From NCBI RefSeq assembly GCF_030028105.1, contig NC_092389.1, forward strand, positions 17,843,180 through 17,907,179: 64,000 nt of DNA. Reading direction: 5' to 3'. Each line of letters starts with the position of its first letter. Position 1 is the first letter of the stretch. The translations under genes were made by a program, and so were the position numbers. The notes below the pieces were generated by a model. It was not told where the DNA came from. It worked only from the letters and a program-made list of their open reading frames with translations, and ran no database searches. Source of the stretch: Mobula birostris. Taxonomy: Eukaryota. Shown piece after piece: positions 63,201 through 64,000 of this stretch.

Positions 63201-64000
63201 AAACTCTCATTTCCTATCTATTACGTTATTGTTCAACATCAGTCCTTAGTGATGGCAACACTGCAGAGTTCAAGCATTGGTTGGATTGATTATTCCCTCA
63301 GATTGGTTTGCTCACCAGTCTGGCCTTGACAGGTATAGCACAGGAATAAATTAATGAAGTCATTTTCAAACCTCTTTGAGTCGTTAAATAATATTTTTCC
63401 AATGATTTCCCCTGGTTTCAAACTTGATGATTGCCAGTTGTGTTCCTGAGGCTGTTGGAACCCTGATAAGAGAAAAAGACAAAGACTGATGGAAGATTTG
63501 TGCCTCTTTCGAGCTCCTTATAGACCACACCGGAACCAGGTGAGCCTCCTGTCATGCCTGTCAATTTTTGGCAGTGACTATCTCCTGCTATCGAACTCCC
63601 AAAGGGATCACCCCCACTCTCTGGTAATCACTGACTCTCCATCATGACGATTGACTCACTGTTGATCACTGACAACTGTGATCAATAAAAAACCTCAATC
63701 AAAGTCAGCTCTGTCACCCCACCCCCATAATCAATGACATTCCTCCCCTTCACCAATCAATTTCCCAGCAATTCCTGACCTCAACCCGACCTGCACTTCC
63801 CTAATCACATCTTGTGTACTCACTCCCATACTCCACCTATCTCTCTCTCTGTTTAGGACCCTGTCCCTGAAAGACCCACCCTGACTTTTCATGGCTCTGC
63901 ATGTTCCCCTGTTTCTCTCTGACCATGCTGCAGTCCTCCAATCCCTACCAGTCCACCACAAACTGCAATCTAGGCAACGCCGAAAGCTCCCTCTCTGAGC

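Noticed and set aside
63480-64000. C-rich, strand-skewed terminal stretch
   Set aside because: No termini, ORF or motif identifiable; truncated by the window edge.

Overview
Eukaryotic, AT-rich, repeat-dense DNA. The repeat set (CR1, Rex1/Babar, Penelope, RTE, V-SINE/SacSINE-like SINEs, Gypsy, Tc1, hAT, Helitron) points to a cartilaginous fish, probably a ray; this is inferred by recognition only. The only host gene I can reconstruct is the 5' end of a minus-strand gene for a secreted Cys-rich (GCC2/GCC3, ephrin-receptor-like repeat) protein, with exons at 8204-8243, 3287-3413 and 662-749, continuing off the left edge. The rest is intronic or intergenic DNA filled with nested, mostly decayed transposons, and nearly all long ORFs in the supplied track are TE remnants. 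Most notable: (1) an 82-bp foldback of Penelope ends carrying an intact minimal hammerhead ribozyme core, plus a second unrelated foldback with a decayed hammerhead; (2) two tandem non-autonomous Helitron-like copies encoding 23-aa STPR-like repeats; (3) composite hAT MITEs, one with an apparent 6-bp TSD, sharing a captured 31-bp exon-end segment; (4) a 62-bp inverted duplication carrying complementary splice signals. TE boundaries are approximate unless TIRs or TSDs are stated. No prokaryote-type system, CRISPR, rRNA or tRNA gene was seen.
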